Part shown: positions 47,972 through 57,082 of the stretch, piece after piece | Numbering within the stretch: the first letter of the stretch is position 1 | Layout: each line of letters starts with the position of its first letter | NCBI GenBank assembly: GCA_965248575.1 | Contig: CBDFJQ010000002.1 | Span: 5,024,001-5,088,000 of the forward strand | DNA: 64,000 nt | Reading direction: 5' to 3' | DNA from: Planctomycetota bacterium | GTDB lineage: Bacteria; Planctomycetota; B15-G4 | Translations under genes and position numbers: made by a program | The notes under the pieces: model-generated | Databases searched by the model: none | What the model saw: the letters and a program-made list of their open reading frames with translations, nothing else | What the model was told of the DNA's origin: nothing

Positions 47972-48361
47972 ATGGCTAGACGAGCAAGCAATCGGCCCAC
48001 GGACGCGGAGCTGGAGATCCTGACGGTGCTGTGGGAGCGGGGCCCGAGCACGGTCCGGGAGGTCTTCCGGGTCATCGAGGGCAGGCGAGACACGGGCTAC
48101 ACCTCCGTGCTCAAGGTCATGCAGATCATGACGGAGAAGGGGGCCCTCATCCGCGACGAGAGCGTGAGGCCTCAGGTCTACCGGGTGACCCAGGCACGGG
48201 CCAAGACTCAGAAGCAGCTCGTCACCGATCTCCTGGATCGAGCCTTCGGAGGAGCAGCGGGAAATCTCGTGCTCCAGGCGCTGTCCTCCCAGAAGACCAC
48301 CCCCGAAGAGCGACAGAAGATCCAAGCGCTGCTCGACAAGCAGCAGAAGGGTGAGTCATGA
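47972..48361 (+). CDS. BlaI/MecI/CopY family transcriptional repressor
   Basis: PTDAELEIL.VLW..GPSTVREV; YTSVLKVMQIM.EKG; LLDRAFGG; AGGAGG RBS. Confidence 0.95.
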   Translation: MARRASNRPTDAELEILTVLWERGPSTVREVFRVIEGRRDTGYTSVLKVMQIMTEKGALIRDESVRPQVYRVTQARAKTQKQLVTDLLDRAFGGAAGNLVLQALSSQKTTPEERQKIQALLDKQQKGES

Positions 48362-50286
48362 GCGACTGGTTGCCACTTCAACTCATGCCGACGGCTTGGG
48401 TCGTGGGTTGGACGTTGATCCACTTCCTGTGGCAGGGCGCACTGGTTGCGGCCTTGACTTGCGTCGCGCTCGCGCTGGTGGATGGAAGAGGGCCCGCCGC
48501 ACGCTATGTCGTCTGCGCAGCAGCCTTGCTGGCCATGGCGGCTGCACCCGCGGTGACGTTCTTCGTGCTGTCTGGTTCGCCGGATCCGAACGCATCCGCA
48601 TTCTCACTGGCCCAGCTGGTGATCTCACCTGATCTGGGCTCGCAGCTGTCCAGCTTGGTTCCTGGTTTGACGGTGCTCTGGATGTTGGGTGTGGGGATGA
48701 TGCAGGCGCGCATGCTCCTCCAGTTCCTTGCAGCGCGGTCTCTCGCAAAGGTTGGCGTGAAGTCCTTGCCCGATTCCGTGGCTCGACATGTGCAGCGACT
48801 GGCCGCCCAGCTAGGTGTTTCCCAGGCGTTGCTCGTGCTCGAATCCAGCCGAGCCGCCGTTCCCATGGTCGTGGGGTGGTTGAAGCCGGTCGTCCTGTTG
48901 CCCACCGCGGTCTTGGCGGGGTTGAGCCCACAGGAGCTGCGTGCGGTGCTGGCCCACGAGCTGGCGCACATCAAGCGTCACGACGCCGCTGTCAACCTGG
49001 CGCAGAGCGTCTTCGAGACCCTCTTCTTCTTCCATCCCGCGGTGTGGTGGCTCTCGCACCGCCTGCGGGTGGAACGTGAATTCTGTTGTGACGACATCGC
49101 CGTGGCCACCTGCGGCGATCCCCTGACCTATGCCAAGGCTCTCGCTGCACTGGACGATGTCCGCGACGTGCATCCCGCGACGGCCATGGCTGCTACCGGA
49201 GGTTCCCTGATGCAGCGTATTTCCCGCCTTCTCGACGCAGGCAACGGCCCACGCCAGGGCCGCGCCCGACTCAGCGGTTGGTTGGCCCCCATGATCATGA
49301 GTTTGGGCCTGACAGCCGTCGTTTCCGCCATGAGCCTCGGTGTCGACGAGTCCGTCGACGACCAGGACGCGCTGTCCATGAAGGGCGTCGACCTGATCAA
49401 GGTCGTGCACCCCGTGGACGCAGAATTGTCCGAGATCCTCCAGGTCCTTCGCAGCCACGGCATGGATGACGCCAGCCTGCTGGAGTTCGTCTCACGACTC
49501 GGAGCCAAGCCGGAGGTCCTCGATGCCATTCACGCAGCGGGCGAGAAGTCCGCGATGAAGGCGCGTCACATCGAGGCCAAGGAGATCCTTGGCGAAGCGC
49601 ACAAACTCATCAAGCAAGATGTCGAAGCGGGGCACATCACGAAGGAAGAAGCCACGCTCCGCATTGAGGCGGTGAGGCGCAGCGTGGAGCACCTGCTCAA
49701 GGGTTCCCAGCCCGTGACAGTCGCAGTGAAGCACGAGGCCGGGCACGAACACCCGGCCGGAGATGTGCACCTGCCCGAGGCCCACAGGAGGCATATGGCG
49801 ACGGCCAAGAAGCTGGAGGAGCTCGAGCTCAAGGCTCAGCACCTGCAGGAGAAGGTCGAGCAAGGCGGCGCACCCGCTGAAGAAGCCGCCCTCCACCTCA
49901 AGAAGGTCGAGAGCTACCTCGCCGAGTTGAAGCAGCAGACACTTGCGGAGCACGAGCACCTCAAGCAGAAGATGCTTCCGAGGGAGTTGATCCCGGCAGG
50001 TGTGCCCGCCCATGTCGAGATCCAGGGCGCCGTCCACCAGCGCGAGCACCAGGTCCTGTTGCGCGGAGCCTTGCTGAAGCTGCTCGAGACGAAGGACCGC
50101 ATCCACGCCATGGACGCCGACAAGGTGCACCTGGCCGTGGCGGTCCTGGAGACGATGCACACCCTGGAGGGTGAGAAGGTTCTCGTGGAGCGGGAAGCAC
50201 AACTCGTGGAGCTGGAACTGATCGAGGAAGTTCCCGCTGGCGTTCCCGCTGGCGTTCCCGCTGGCGTTCCCGCCGGCGACAGCTGA
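48358..50286 (+). CDS. M56 family membrane metallopeptidase (BlaR1/MecR1-like) with His-rich helical C-terminal domain
   Basis: LIHFLWQG; P.VVGWLKPVVLLP; AHELAHIKRHD; FFFHPAVWW; EREFCCDD; ATGA overlap with the repressor. Confidence 0.93.
   Translation: MSDWLPLQLMPTAWVVGWTLIHFLWQGALVAALTCVALALVDGRGPAARYVVCAAALLAMAAAPAVTFFVLSGSPDPNASAFSLAQLVISPDLGSQLSSLVPGLTVLWMLGVGMMQARMLLQFLAARSLAKVGVKSLPDSVARHVQRLAAQLGVSQALLVLESSRAAVPMVVGWLKPVVLLPTAVLAGLSPQELRAVLAHELAHIKRHDAAVNLAQSVFETLFFFHPAVWWLSHRLRVEREFCCDDIAVATCGDPLTYAKALAALDDVRDVHPATAMAATGGSLMQRISRLLDAGNGPRQGRARLSGWLAPMIMSLGLTAVVSAMSLGVDESVDDQDALSMKGVDLIKVVHPVDAELSEILQVLRSHGMDDASLLEFVSRLGAKPEVLDAIHAAGEKSAMKARHIEAKEILGEAHKLIKQDVEAGHITKEEATLRIEAVRRSVEHLLKGSQPVTVAVKHEAGHEHPAGDVHLPEAHRRHMATAKKLEELELKAQHLQEKVEQGGAPAEEAALHLKKVESYLAELKQQTLAEHEHLKQKMLPRELIPAGVPAHVEIQGAVHQREHQVLLRGALLKLLETKDRIHAMDADKVHLAVAVLETMHTLEGEKVLVEREAQLVELELIEEVPAGVPAGVPAGVPAGDS
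50230..50277. repeat. 12-bp tandem repeat x4 (GTTCCCGCTGGC) encoding (VPAG)4
   Basis: Three perfect copies plus one single-mismatch copy at the 3' end of the M56 gene. Confidence 0.9.
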
Positions 50287-50350
50287 ACACGTAGCTCACA
50301 TTCGTCAACGCCCTCCTAGGTCAAGCTGGAGGGGCGACGGGGCCGGATGC

Positions 50351-51814
50351 CTATCGGGTGTTCGGCCCCGTCTGCGTTGACCCCCGACCTGGCTCGGATT
50401 CAGCTGAGTAGAAGAGGGCGTCTTCCAGCTTGAGCGGGTACTCCTCGCCTTCCACGCCGACGATGAGGAGCAGGCGAGCGTTGTCGTTCTGGTCGAAGTA
50501 CTCGACCGTCAGGGGGTGCCAGCCCGCGGCCAGCTGAACGTCGCCCGAGCCTGTCCAGCTGGAAGAGCCGCCCGCCTCCCAGTGGTCGAGGGCAAGGTGC
50601 TCCCCGAAGCGGATGCGCAGGCCGTCGTTGGCGATGGCAAAGAGTGTGTAGAGGCCGCTGCGCTCCGCCTTGAACCACCCGGTCCAGCGCACGCTGAAAC
50701 GGTCCCGTGGGACGCGGGGCGCCGGTCGATCGCGCTTCCAGTCGAAGTCGAGGGACGGGTCGACTCGGGTTAGGACCATCTGGTCGAAGCGAGTTCCGCT
50801 GAAGTACTCACCCTTGAGCCCGGCGCGCAACCCAGGCGGCGGGGCAGAAAGGGCGCGCATGCCCCCCGCTGAGCCAGCGCCCGTCGCGTTCCACTCCGCG
50901 ATCAGCTCGCGCGCCCGGTCACGGCTGGGGTCGAGCAGCAAGACCAACTCGAGGTCCCGGAGTGCCGCGGCCCTTTCCCCGAGCTGGTGCCTGCAGAGCG
51001 CGCTGTTGAGCAAGGCGTCCACATCGCCCGGGTGAAGCTCCAGCGCCCGTTCGAAGTGGGTGATGGCCGCCTCCCACTGTTTGCGCTCTCCCTTGAGAAC
51101 CCCCAGGGAACGGTGCAGCTCGGGAAGCAGCGGGAGCGCGGCCAGCGCGGCCTCGAAGTCTCGTTGCGCAGCATCCAGGCGACCCTCCGACAGCCGGACG
51201 AATCCGCGGTTGTGTTGAAGGATGGCGAGCACGTCACCCGTGTCGAGCGGCCTGAGGTAGAGGGACTCGTCGTGCAGGAAGTCCGCCAGCTGCTCGCGCC
51301 ATGCCGCCGGGTCGGCGAGTTCGCCGCGCCGGGTCAGTTCCACGTCGAAGGCCACGCCCTCCTGGCCTGCATCCCAACGCACGAAGAAGTGGTTGGGGGC
51401 GGCCACACCCTGGAGCGGCTCCCCCAGCAGGTCTGCCATGGCCAAGGCAACCACGGACAGGGAGAGGCAGTAGCCGCGGCGGTTGGCGAGCACGGAGTCC
51501 ACATGCAAGGCCTCGGCAGAGCTGAGGTCCTGCACCGAGTCGAAGCCCCCTTCATCGAAGAGCACCGCCGCCAGCGCTGCAGCTCGTTGGCGAGGGGTCT
51601 TCGCCCGGCCGAGACGCGCCGACCACGACGCAGCCAGCTCGGCGATCTGGGCGCGGACCCGGTCGCGGGCAGCTGGCTCCCTCAGGTGTGGATGGTCCTC
51701 TTGCGCCAGATTGAGCGCGGCCTCGAGCAGCGGGCTGGCCGCCGCGTTGGGGCGGCTGGCTGAGCGGGACCCTGCTCGGCCCTGGGCTTGGGTCTGGGCT
51801 TGGGCCTCAGACAA
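50351..51814 (-). CDS. SirB1/transglutaminase-like + TPR + PA14 domain protein
   Basis: VLANRRGYCLSLS; GVAAPNHFFVRW; TPR repeats; PA14 (GLKGEYF, FSVRWTGW, NDGLR, LTVEYF); true start probably further upstream. Confidence 0.85.
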   Translation of the reverse strand: MSEAQAQTQAQGRAGSRSASRPNAAASPLLEAALNLAQEDHPHLREPAARDRVRAQIAELAASWSARLGRAKTPRQRAAALAAVLFDEGGFDSVQDLSSAEALHVDSVLANRRGYCLSLSVVALAMADLLGEPLQGVAAPNHFFVRWDAGQEGVAFDVELTRRGELADPAAWREQLADFLHDESLYLRPLDTGDVLAILQHNRGFVRLSEGRLDAAQRDFEAALAALPLLPELHRSLGVLKGERKQWEAAITHFERALELHPGDVDALLNSALCRHQLGERAAALRDLELVLLLDPSRDRARELIAEWNATGAGSAGGMRALSAPPPGLRAGLKGEYFSGTRFDQMVLTRVDPSLDFDWKRDRPAPRVPRDRFSVRWTGWFKAERSGLYTLFAIANDGLRIRFGEHLALDHWEAGGSSSWTGSGDVQLAAGWHPLTVEYFDQNDNARLLLIVGVEGEEYPLKLEDALFYSAESEPGRGSTQTGPNTR

Positions 51815-51882
51815 AAACAGCCCCAGCCCGCACGCGACAAGCAGCGCGGCGAGCCGAGGCCGTGTGGTGGCGCGCCGACGGG

Positions 51883-52308
51883 CTATTTCGAAGCCGCCGC
51901 CAGTGCGTCGAGCTGGGCCGTCAAGGCCTCGAGCTCCTTCTTCATGCGCTGGAGTTCCTTCTCCAGCAGGTAGTTCTCGTAGCGTAAGCCTTCGGCCTCG
52001 TTGCGAACGCGCCCCTTGAAGGACTTGAACTGCTTGTCCGTGAGGACGCCGATGGACTGCTTCTCGAACATCACCTCGTGGTTCTCGTGCACCCGGCAGC
52101 CGAGGCCTTCGGTATGGCTGCGGGCCATGAGATCCCGGTGCTCGGACTGATACGCGAAGACATCCTTCAGCTGCTCCGTGGTCAGGTTCACCTTCTTGAG
52201 CTTCACCAGGAGCTTGTCCGTGTTGTCCCAGCAGAAGGGGCTGAGGGCAGAGGCGTTGCTGGCGCCGAGCACGAACACACAGGCCAAGACGGCAAGAATC
52301 TTCTTCAT
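51883..52308 (-). CDS. Small secreted helical hypothetical protein
   Basis: GGAGAGG RBS; signal MKKILAVLACVFVLGASNASA; LTTEQ/LTDKQ motifs (Spy/CpxP-like); C-terminal coiled coil. Confidence 0.75.
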   Translation of the reverse strand: MKKILAVLACVFVLGASNASALSPFCWDNTDKLLVKLKKVNLTTEQLKDVFAYQSEHRDLMARSHTEGLGCRVHENHEVMFEKQSIGVLTDKQFKSFKGRVRNEAEGLRYENYLLEKELQRMKKELEALTAQLDALAAASK

Positions 52309-52651
52309 GGGGTCCTCTCCTTGGGGCAAACAGGGGGCAATCTGGGGTCCGATCCTACCTGCGATTCGTCGGGGCAGCCGCGGCTGGAGGGTGGCTTGGC
52401 GACGTCCTCTGACCTCGGTCGGATGGGGCCGATCCAGCGCTCCGGGAGGTCGGCTGGGAGTTGCGTCTCAACTCTTCCGGCCGCAAGACCGATTTTCGGT
52501 CAGATCCAGCGGGAGATTCTTCACTCGTGGGGCTAAGAAGTTGGCCCCAAAAGTGGACCCGGGCCCCTCTGCGGGTCAGAATGAGGGGCTCGACTTTGCT
52601 CCACAAAAACCGAATTCCTCACCCGATACAGCCGTGATTACCCCCTCCGTG

Positions 52652-52855
52652 ATGTCGATTCCCGAAGCACTCTCGCCCGCGCTCAACCACCGTCCGCTCA
52701 CCGTGACGGAGTGGTCGCAGCGCTCTGAACACTGGATTGTCAGCGCACAGTGGGAGGGCAATTGGACGTTGATCGGGGTCTTCGCGGAAGCCACACCGGC
52801 TTTTCGGGCTGCGGATGTGGCTGCACAGCGCCTGTCGAGTTCACACGACGGCTGA
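52652..52855 (+). CDS. Possible small hypothetical protein (67 aa)
   Basis: 3' part of ORF 52178..52855 from ATG 52652; plausible composition only. Confidence 0.3.
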   Translation: MSIPEALSPALNHRPLTVTEWSQRSEHWIVSAQWEGNWTLIGVFAEATPAFRAADVAAQRLSSSHDG

Positions 52856-52952
52856 CGTTTGGCTGGGACTGGGTAGAATCCCGATCCACCATGACGACCT
52901 TCCGGGACCTCCTCCCGGACCGACGTGTGGTTGACCAACTCGGATTCTCTCC

Positions 52953-55900
52953 ATGCCACACACCATTCGAGCTGCCTTGCTCCTGTGCACGGCTCTTGGC
53001 TGCCTGACCCTGCCTTGCGCCGCCCAAGCCACGGCGTCCTTCACCGTCCTCCCTGAGGACTGTGCAGAGACGGAGGTCTACCCACTGGTTCCAGCGGGTT
53101 TCCTGGACGAGGTCGTGGTGGGTGGGCTGAACCAGGTCGTGGGTTTCACTTTCGCACCGGACGGCCGCACCTTCTTCTGGCAGAAGCAGGGTCGGATCAT
53201 GACCAGCCCCCCGGGCGGCGGTCAGCCGGACCTCTTCTTCGAGATCGTCGAGGAGGTTGGCGGTTGGGCCGGGCACGGCTTGTTGGGTTTCGCTCTCGAC
53301 CCGGACTTCCTCAGCAACGGGCACTTCTACCTGTTGTATGGGGTGGACCATCACTACCTGATGAGCTTCGGCACTCCCGGCTACGACCCCAATGTGTCGA
53401 GTGACTTCGTCGACACCATCGGGCGCGTGACGCGCTACACAGCCGACGCTGGTTCGGGCTTCACCACGGTGGATCCGAACAGTCGGCTCGTGCTACTGGG
53501 AGAGACGGCGTCCACCGGGATCCCCCTGTGTTCAGGCGGGCACTCGGTGGGGGATCTCATGTTCGGCAACGACGGCAGCCTGCTGATCTCCGCGGGCGAC
53601 GGTGCCAGCGCAGGGCCCGCGAGCCAGACGTGCTTGTCGGACGGCATCACCCGCCCCGCGGAAGAAGTGAGCTACTTCCGAGCTCAGCTGCTGGATTCCC
53701 TCTCGGGCAAGATGTTGCGCATTGATCCGAGCACGGGGGACGGTCTAACGAGCAACCCCCACTACGATGTCGCGGAGCCCAGGGCACCTCGCTCGCGCAT
53801 CTGGGCACTCGGTCTGCGCAATCCCTTCCGCTTCGATGTGCGCCCGGGGACCGGCCAGACCGACCCGGCCCTGGGCCTGCCCGGCAGCCTGTTCATCGGC
53901 GATGTGGGCAAGGGTGACTACGAAGAGCTGAACGTGGCTCGGGTGGGTGGGCTCAACTTCGGCTGGCCCGTGTTCGAGGGCTTCGACCCTCACCCCACTC
54001 TGTCCCAGACACTGACGCCCAACCTGGACGCACCGAACCCCTTGTTCGGGATCAACGTGCCCGGGGCCGGGGTGTGCACCCAGGAGTTCTACGACTTCCA
54101 GGATCTCGTGGTGCAGGAGACCCTCAACATGCCCTTCTGGTCGAACCCCTGCGCTCCCGCCGAGGCGGTCTCGGGAGCGACCGTGTACGAGCATGCTCGT
54201 GCCGCGGTGGCCTGGCACCATGACCTGACCGCGTATGTGCCCATCTTCGACGGCAGCGGCGAGGCTGACTCGCTCACCATCGACGATCCGGCCTCGCCAG
54301 TCGTGGGCATGCCCTTTACGGGCAATGCCTCCATGGGCGGCGCCTTCTACACGGGCGACGCCTTTCCGGCTGCCTACAAGAACACCTACTTCCATGCGGA
54401 CTATGGCAAGGGCTGGATCCACAACTTCGTGTTCGATGCGGACGACCGCCTGCTGGAGGTCCGGGAGTTTGCTGAGCCCGTGGGTCGCGTCGTCCACATG
54501 GAAGAGAACCTCATGGACGGTGCGCTGTACTACATGGACTTCACCGGGGCGGGGGTCGCGGACTTCCGCCGCATCCGCTTCGTGACAGGGAACCAGCCGC
54601 CCTCGGCGGAGATCAACAGCAGCCCTCCCTACGGCCCTGCGCCCGTCCGGGTTCAGTTTGATGGGACTCTTTCCGCGGACCCCGAGGGTGGCGACCTGAG
54701 CTACGCGTGGGACTTCGGGCCAAACATCACCGTGAGCACGGCACCGCGCCCGGTGCGCACTTTCCCCTCGGAAGATGTAACGGGGGCTGCGACCCAGGTC
54801 ATCGCAAGGATCTTTCAGATGAACCCACCCATGTCGATGGGGACGGCCAACCAGGACCCCGAGGTGATGCGCGACGGCGTCTTCCCACCGGAGGGGACGC
54901 TGGGCTTGACGGAGATGTTTGACACCGTGCACGTGGATGGCATGTCCGTGTCAGACAAGGGTGGCATCGATTGGGTCGGCTACGAGTTTCCGGCCCAACG
55001 GGTGTTCACGGGGGCGGTGTTCCAGGAAGGTCTACAGTTTCCTGGGATCGGGGGCTGGTTCGACTCCTTCACGTTCCAGGTCCGTCGGTTAGGTGATTGG
55101 GTGACGGTCAGCAATCTGCAGACCTCGCCGCCTTATTCCGGGGAGTTGGCGCCCAGCTACGAACGCTTTGATTTCTCTTTCGATCCATCGGCCGGCAACG
55201 CCATCAGGATCCTCGGGGTGCCGGGCGGTGTGCTCGAGTTCCTGACCATCGCAGAATTCCGGGTGATGGCGTGGCCTCTGAGCCCCAACTTGCTGCCCAC
55301 CAACATCCCGGTCGAGCTGCGGGTGACGGACATCATCGGTGCCGTCGACACCGACAACCTGACGGTGTCCTCGGGCAACACGCCGCCCGAGTTGATCATC
55401 AACTCGCCCCAGAACTTCGAGCTGTACTCCACGACCGTGCCGCAAATGTTCAGCCTGGAGGGCGTGCCGCTGGATGCGGAGCACTCGGCCGGCGAGCTGG
55501 GTTGCAGCTGGCAGTTGATCCTGCATCACGACACCCACAATCATCCCGGACCTGTGCTGGCTGGTTGCACGCAGATGATCACGGCCCTGACCGACGGTTG
55601 CGTGGACGTGCACTACCAGGAGCTGGTGTTCTCGGTGTCGGATCCTCTGGGGTTGGTGAGCACGGAGTCGCGCTACCTCATCCCCGACTGCGACCAGGAT
55701 CTCTCAGGTGTTGCGGATGACATCGAGATCGGCCTCGACCCGAGCCTCGACCTGGACCTGGACGGCGTGCCTGATGCTGCGCAGCTGGACTGCAACCTCA
55801 ACGGCGAGCCTGACCTGTACGAGCTGTTCTTCGGCCTGGCTGTCGATGCCGACGGCGACGGCATGGTGGATGACTGCGTGCCCGGCCTGCCGGGCCGACC

Positions 55901-56012
55901 GGGCCGCAAGGGATCCGCTGGGCCCCCGGGCAGCGCGCCGCCCACGCCTGGCGGCGTGCCACCTGTGAGTGCACCACCCGGCGTGGGTCCCGTGCTTCCG
56001 GCGGGTGGTTGA
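52953..56012 (+). CDS. Secreted PQQ-dependent sugar dehydrogenase (GSDH beta-propeller) with PKD, CBM-like, Ca-binding repeats and Pro-rich tail
   Basis: FAPDGR; GLLGFALDPDF; H..GDLMFGNDG; GKMLRIDP; WALGLRNPFRF; GDVG...EELN; NFGWP; DPEG..LSYAWDFG; Dx[DN]xDG repeats. Confidence 0.9.
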   Translation: MPHTIRAALLLCTALGCLTLPCAAQATASFTVLPEDCAETEVYPLVPAGFLDEVVVGGLNQVVGFTFAPDGRTFFWQKQGRIMTSPPGGGQPDLFFEIVEEVGGWAGHGLLGFALDPDFLSNGHFYLLYGVDHHYLMSFGTPGYDPNVSSDFVDTIGRVTRYTADAGSGFTTVDPNSRLVLLGETASTGIPLCSGGHSVGDLMFGNDGSLLISAGDGASAGPASQTCLSDGITRPAEEVSYFRAQLLDSLSGKMLRIDPSTGDGLTSNPHYDVAEPRAPRSRIWALGLRNPFRFDVRPGTGQTDPALGLPGSLFIGDVGKGDYEELNVARVGGLNFGWPVFEGFDPHPTLSQTLTPNLDAPNPLFGINVPGAGVCTQEFYDFQDLVVQETLNMPFWSNPCAPAEAVSGATVYEHARAAVAWHHDLTAYVPIFDGSGEADSLTIDDPASPVVGMPFTGNASMGGAFYTGDAFPAAYKNTYFHADYGKGWIHNFVFDADDRLLEVREFAEPVGRVVHMEENLMDGALYYMDFTGAGVADFRRIRFVTGNQPPSAEINSSPPYGPAPVRVQFDGTLSADPEGGDLSYAWDFGPNITVSTAPRPVRTFPSEDVTGAATQVIARIFQMNPPMSMGTANQDPEVMRDGVFPPEGTLGLTEMFDTVHVDGMSVSDKGGIDWVGYEFPAQRVFTGAVFQEGLQFPGIGGWFDSFTFQVRRLGDWVTVSNLQTSPPYSGELAPSYERFDFSFDPSAGNAIRILGVPGGVLEFLTIAEFRVMAWPLSPNLLPTNIPVELRVTDIIGAVDTDNLTVSSGNTPPELIINSPQNFELYSTTVPQMFSLEGVPLDAEHSAGELGCSWQLILHHDTHNHPGPVLAGCTQMITALTDGCVDVHYQELVFSVSDPLGLVSTESRYLIPDCDQDLSGVADDIEIGLDPSLDLDLDGVPDAAQLDCNLNGEPDLYELFFGLAVDADGDGMVDDCVPGLPGRPGRKGSAGPPGSAPPTPGGVPPVSAPPGVGPVLPAGG

Positions 56013-57082
56013 AGCGCTTGATGCCAGGCGTGCTCCGACCACTTCTGCTGTTGCTGGTCACGGGGGGCGCCTTGGCGGCGGTGTCGGCGATGATCCGACC
56101 CGCCGTTCCTTGGCCGGCTGGCTTCGAGATCCGCCAGAAGCTGGAGGCTTTCGAGGAGGTCAAGGACGAGTGCGAGCTGCTGTACTTCGGGTCCAGCTAC
56201 GTCTATCGGTCCTTTCGTCCTGACGTGATCGATGAGGAGTTGGCGCGGCAAGGCTTCAACATCCGTTCCTTCAACCTGGGTGTGGGTGGCATGGACGCCT
56301 TCGAGACGGACCACCTGCTGCGCGAGGTGCTCGCCATGCAGCCGGCCAGCTTGCGCTGGGTCGTGATCGAGCCGCGTCCGTTCACGGGGCGTATCGCCAC
56401 CATGCCCAACGCCTTCACGGAGCGATCAGTGCGCTGGCACACCCTGCACGGCACACGGGAGGCACTGCGCTCTGTCTGGCTGGCCCATCAACACCCGATC
56501 GACAAGCTGGCGGACGCCTGGGTTCATCTGCGTTTGTTCGCCCGCCGCTTCGGCAATTTCGGCCTGGGAGCCACCTTGCTCAGCTCGGCGCTGGGTGTCG
56601 ACGACGAGCCGGAGCTGAAGCAGCTGTTCGTGGAGGATCAAGGCTACCTGGCCTTGGATGGCCTGGATGTGGCGAGCTTCAAGCAGCGGCGTCGAGCGCT
56701 GCTCAAGAACACCGACCGCTATTGGGAAGACGTGAACAGCTTGCCCAAACGCAACACCGCAGCAGTCGACCTGGCAGCCGTCAATGTGAGCGCCTTCGCC
56801 TCCCAGGCGGCCGTGGTGCGCAGCGTTGGCGCGGAGCAATTGGCCGTGGCTCCGCCAGGACTCCTGGCCTCGCCGATCGTGTTCGCCTTGTGGAAATCGA
56901 GACAAATCATGGATGTGATGTGGTTCAACATCCCCAAGCAGTTCCCGGATTTGTATGACGTAGCGCACCGTTTCGACAGCAACCACCTGAATCGCGAGGG
57001 GGCGGAGATTTTCAGTCGGCTGTTCGCGGAGACGGTGTCTGCTCGATTGTCCCTCGGCAGCGCGGCGCAGGAGAGCGACTGA
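56009..57082 (+). CDS. Membrane-anchored SGNH-like protein (AlgJ/PatB/DltD-like acyl-transfer partner)
   Basis: N-terminal TM; YFGSS; FNLG; FDSNHLN (DxxH); adjacent to MBOAT. Confidence 0.7.
   Translation: MKRLMPGVLRPLLLLLVTGGALAAVSAMIRPAVPWPAGFEIRQKLEAFEEVKDECELLYFGSSYVYRSFRPDVIDEELARQGFNIRSFNLGVGGMDAFETDHLLREVLAMQPASLRWVVIEPRPFTGRIATMPNAFTERSVRWHTLHGTREALRSVWLAHQHPIDKLADAWVHLRLFARRFGNFGLGATLLSSALGVDDEPELKQLFVEDQGYLALDGLDVASFKQRRRALLKNTDRYWEDVNSLPKRNTAAVDLAAVNVSAFASQAAVVRSVGAEQLAVAPPGLLASPIVFALWKSRQIMDVMWFNIPKQFPDLYDVAHRFDSNHLNREGAEIFSRLFAETVSARLSLGSAAQESD

Noticed and set aside
48358..50286. Beta-lactam resistance locus
   Set aside because: No beta-lactamase or PBP gene is adjacent and no penicillin-binding sensor domain is present
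52330..52650. Lower-GC intergenic stretch as ncRNA or mobile-element end
   Set aside because: No tRNA, riboswitch or terminal-repeat pattern recognised; consistent with a divergent promoter region
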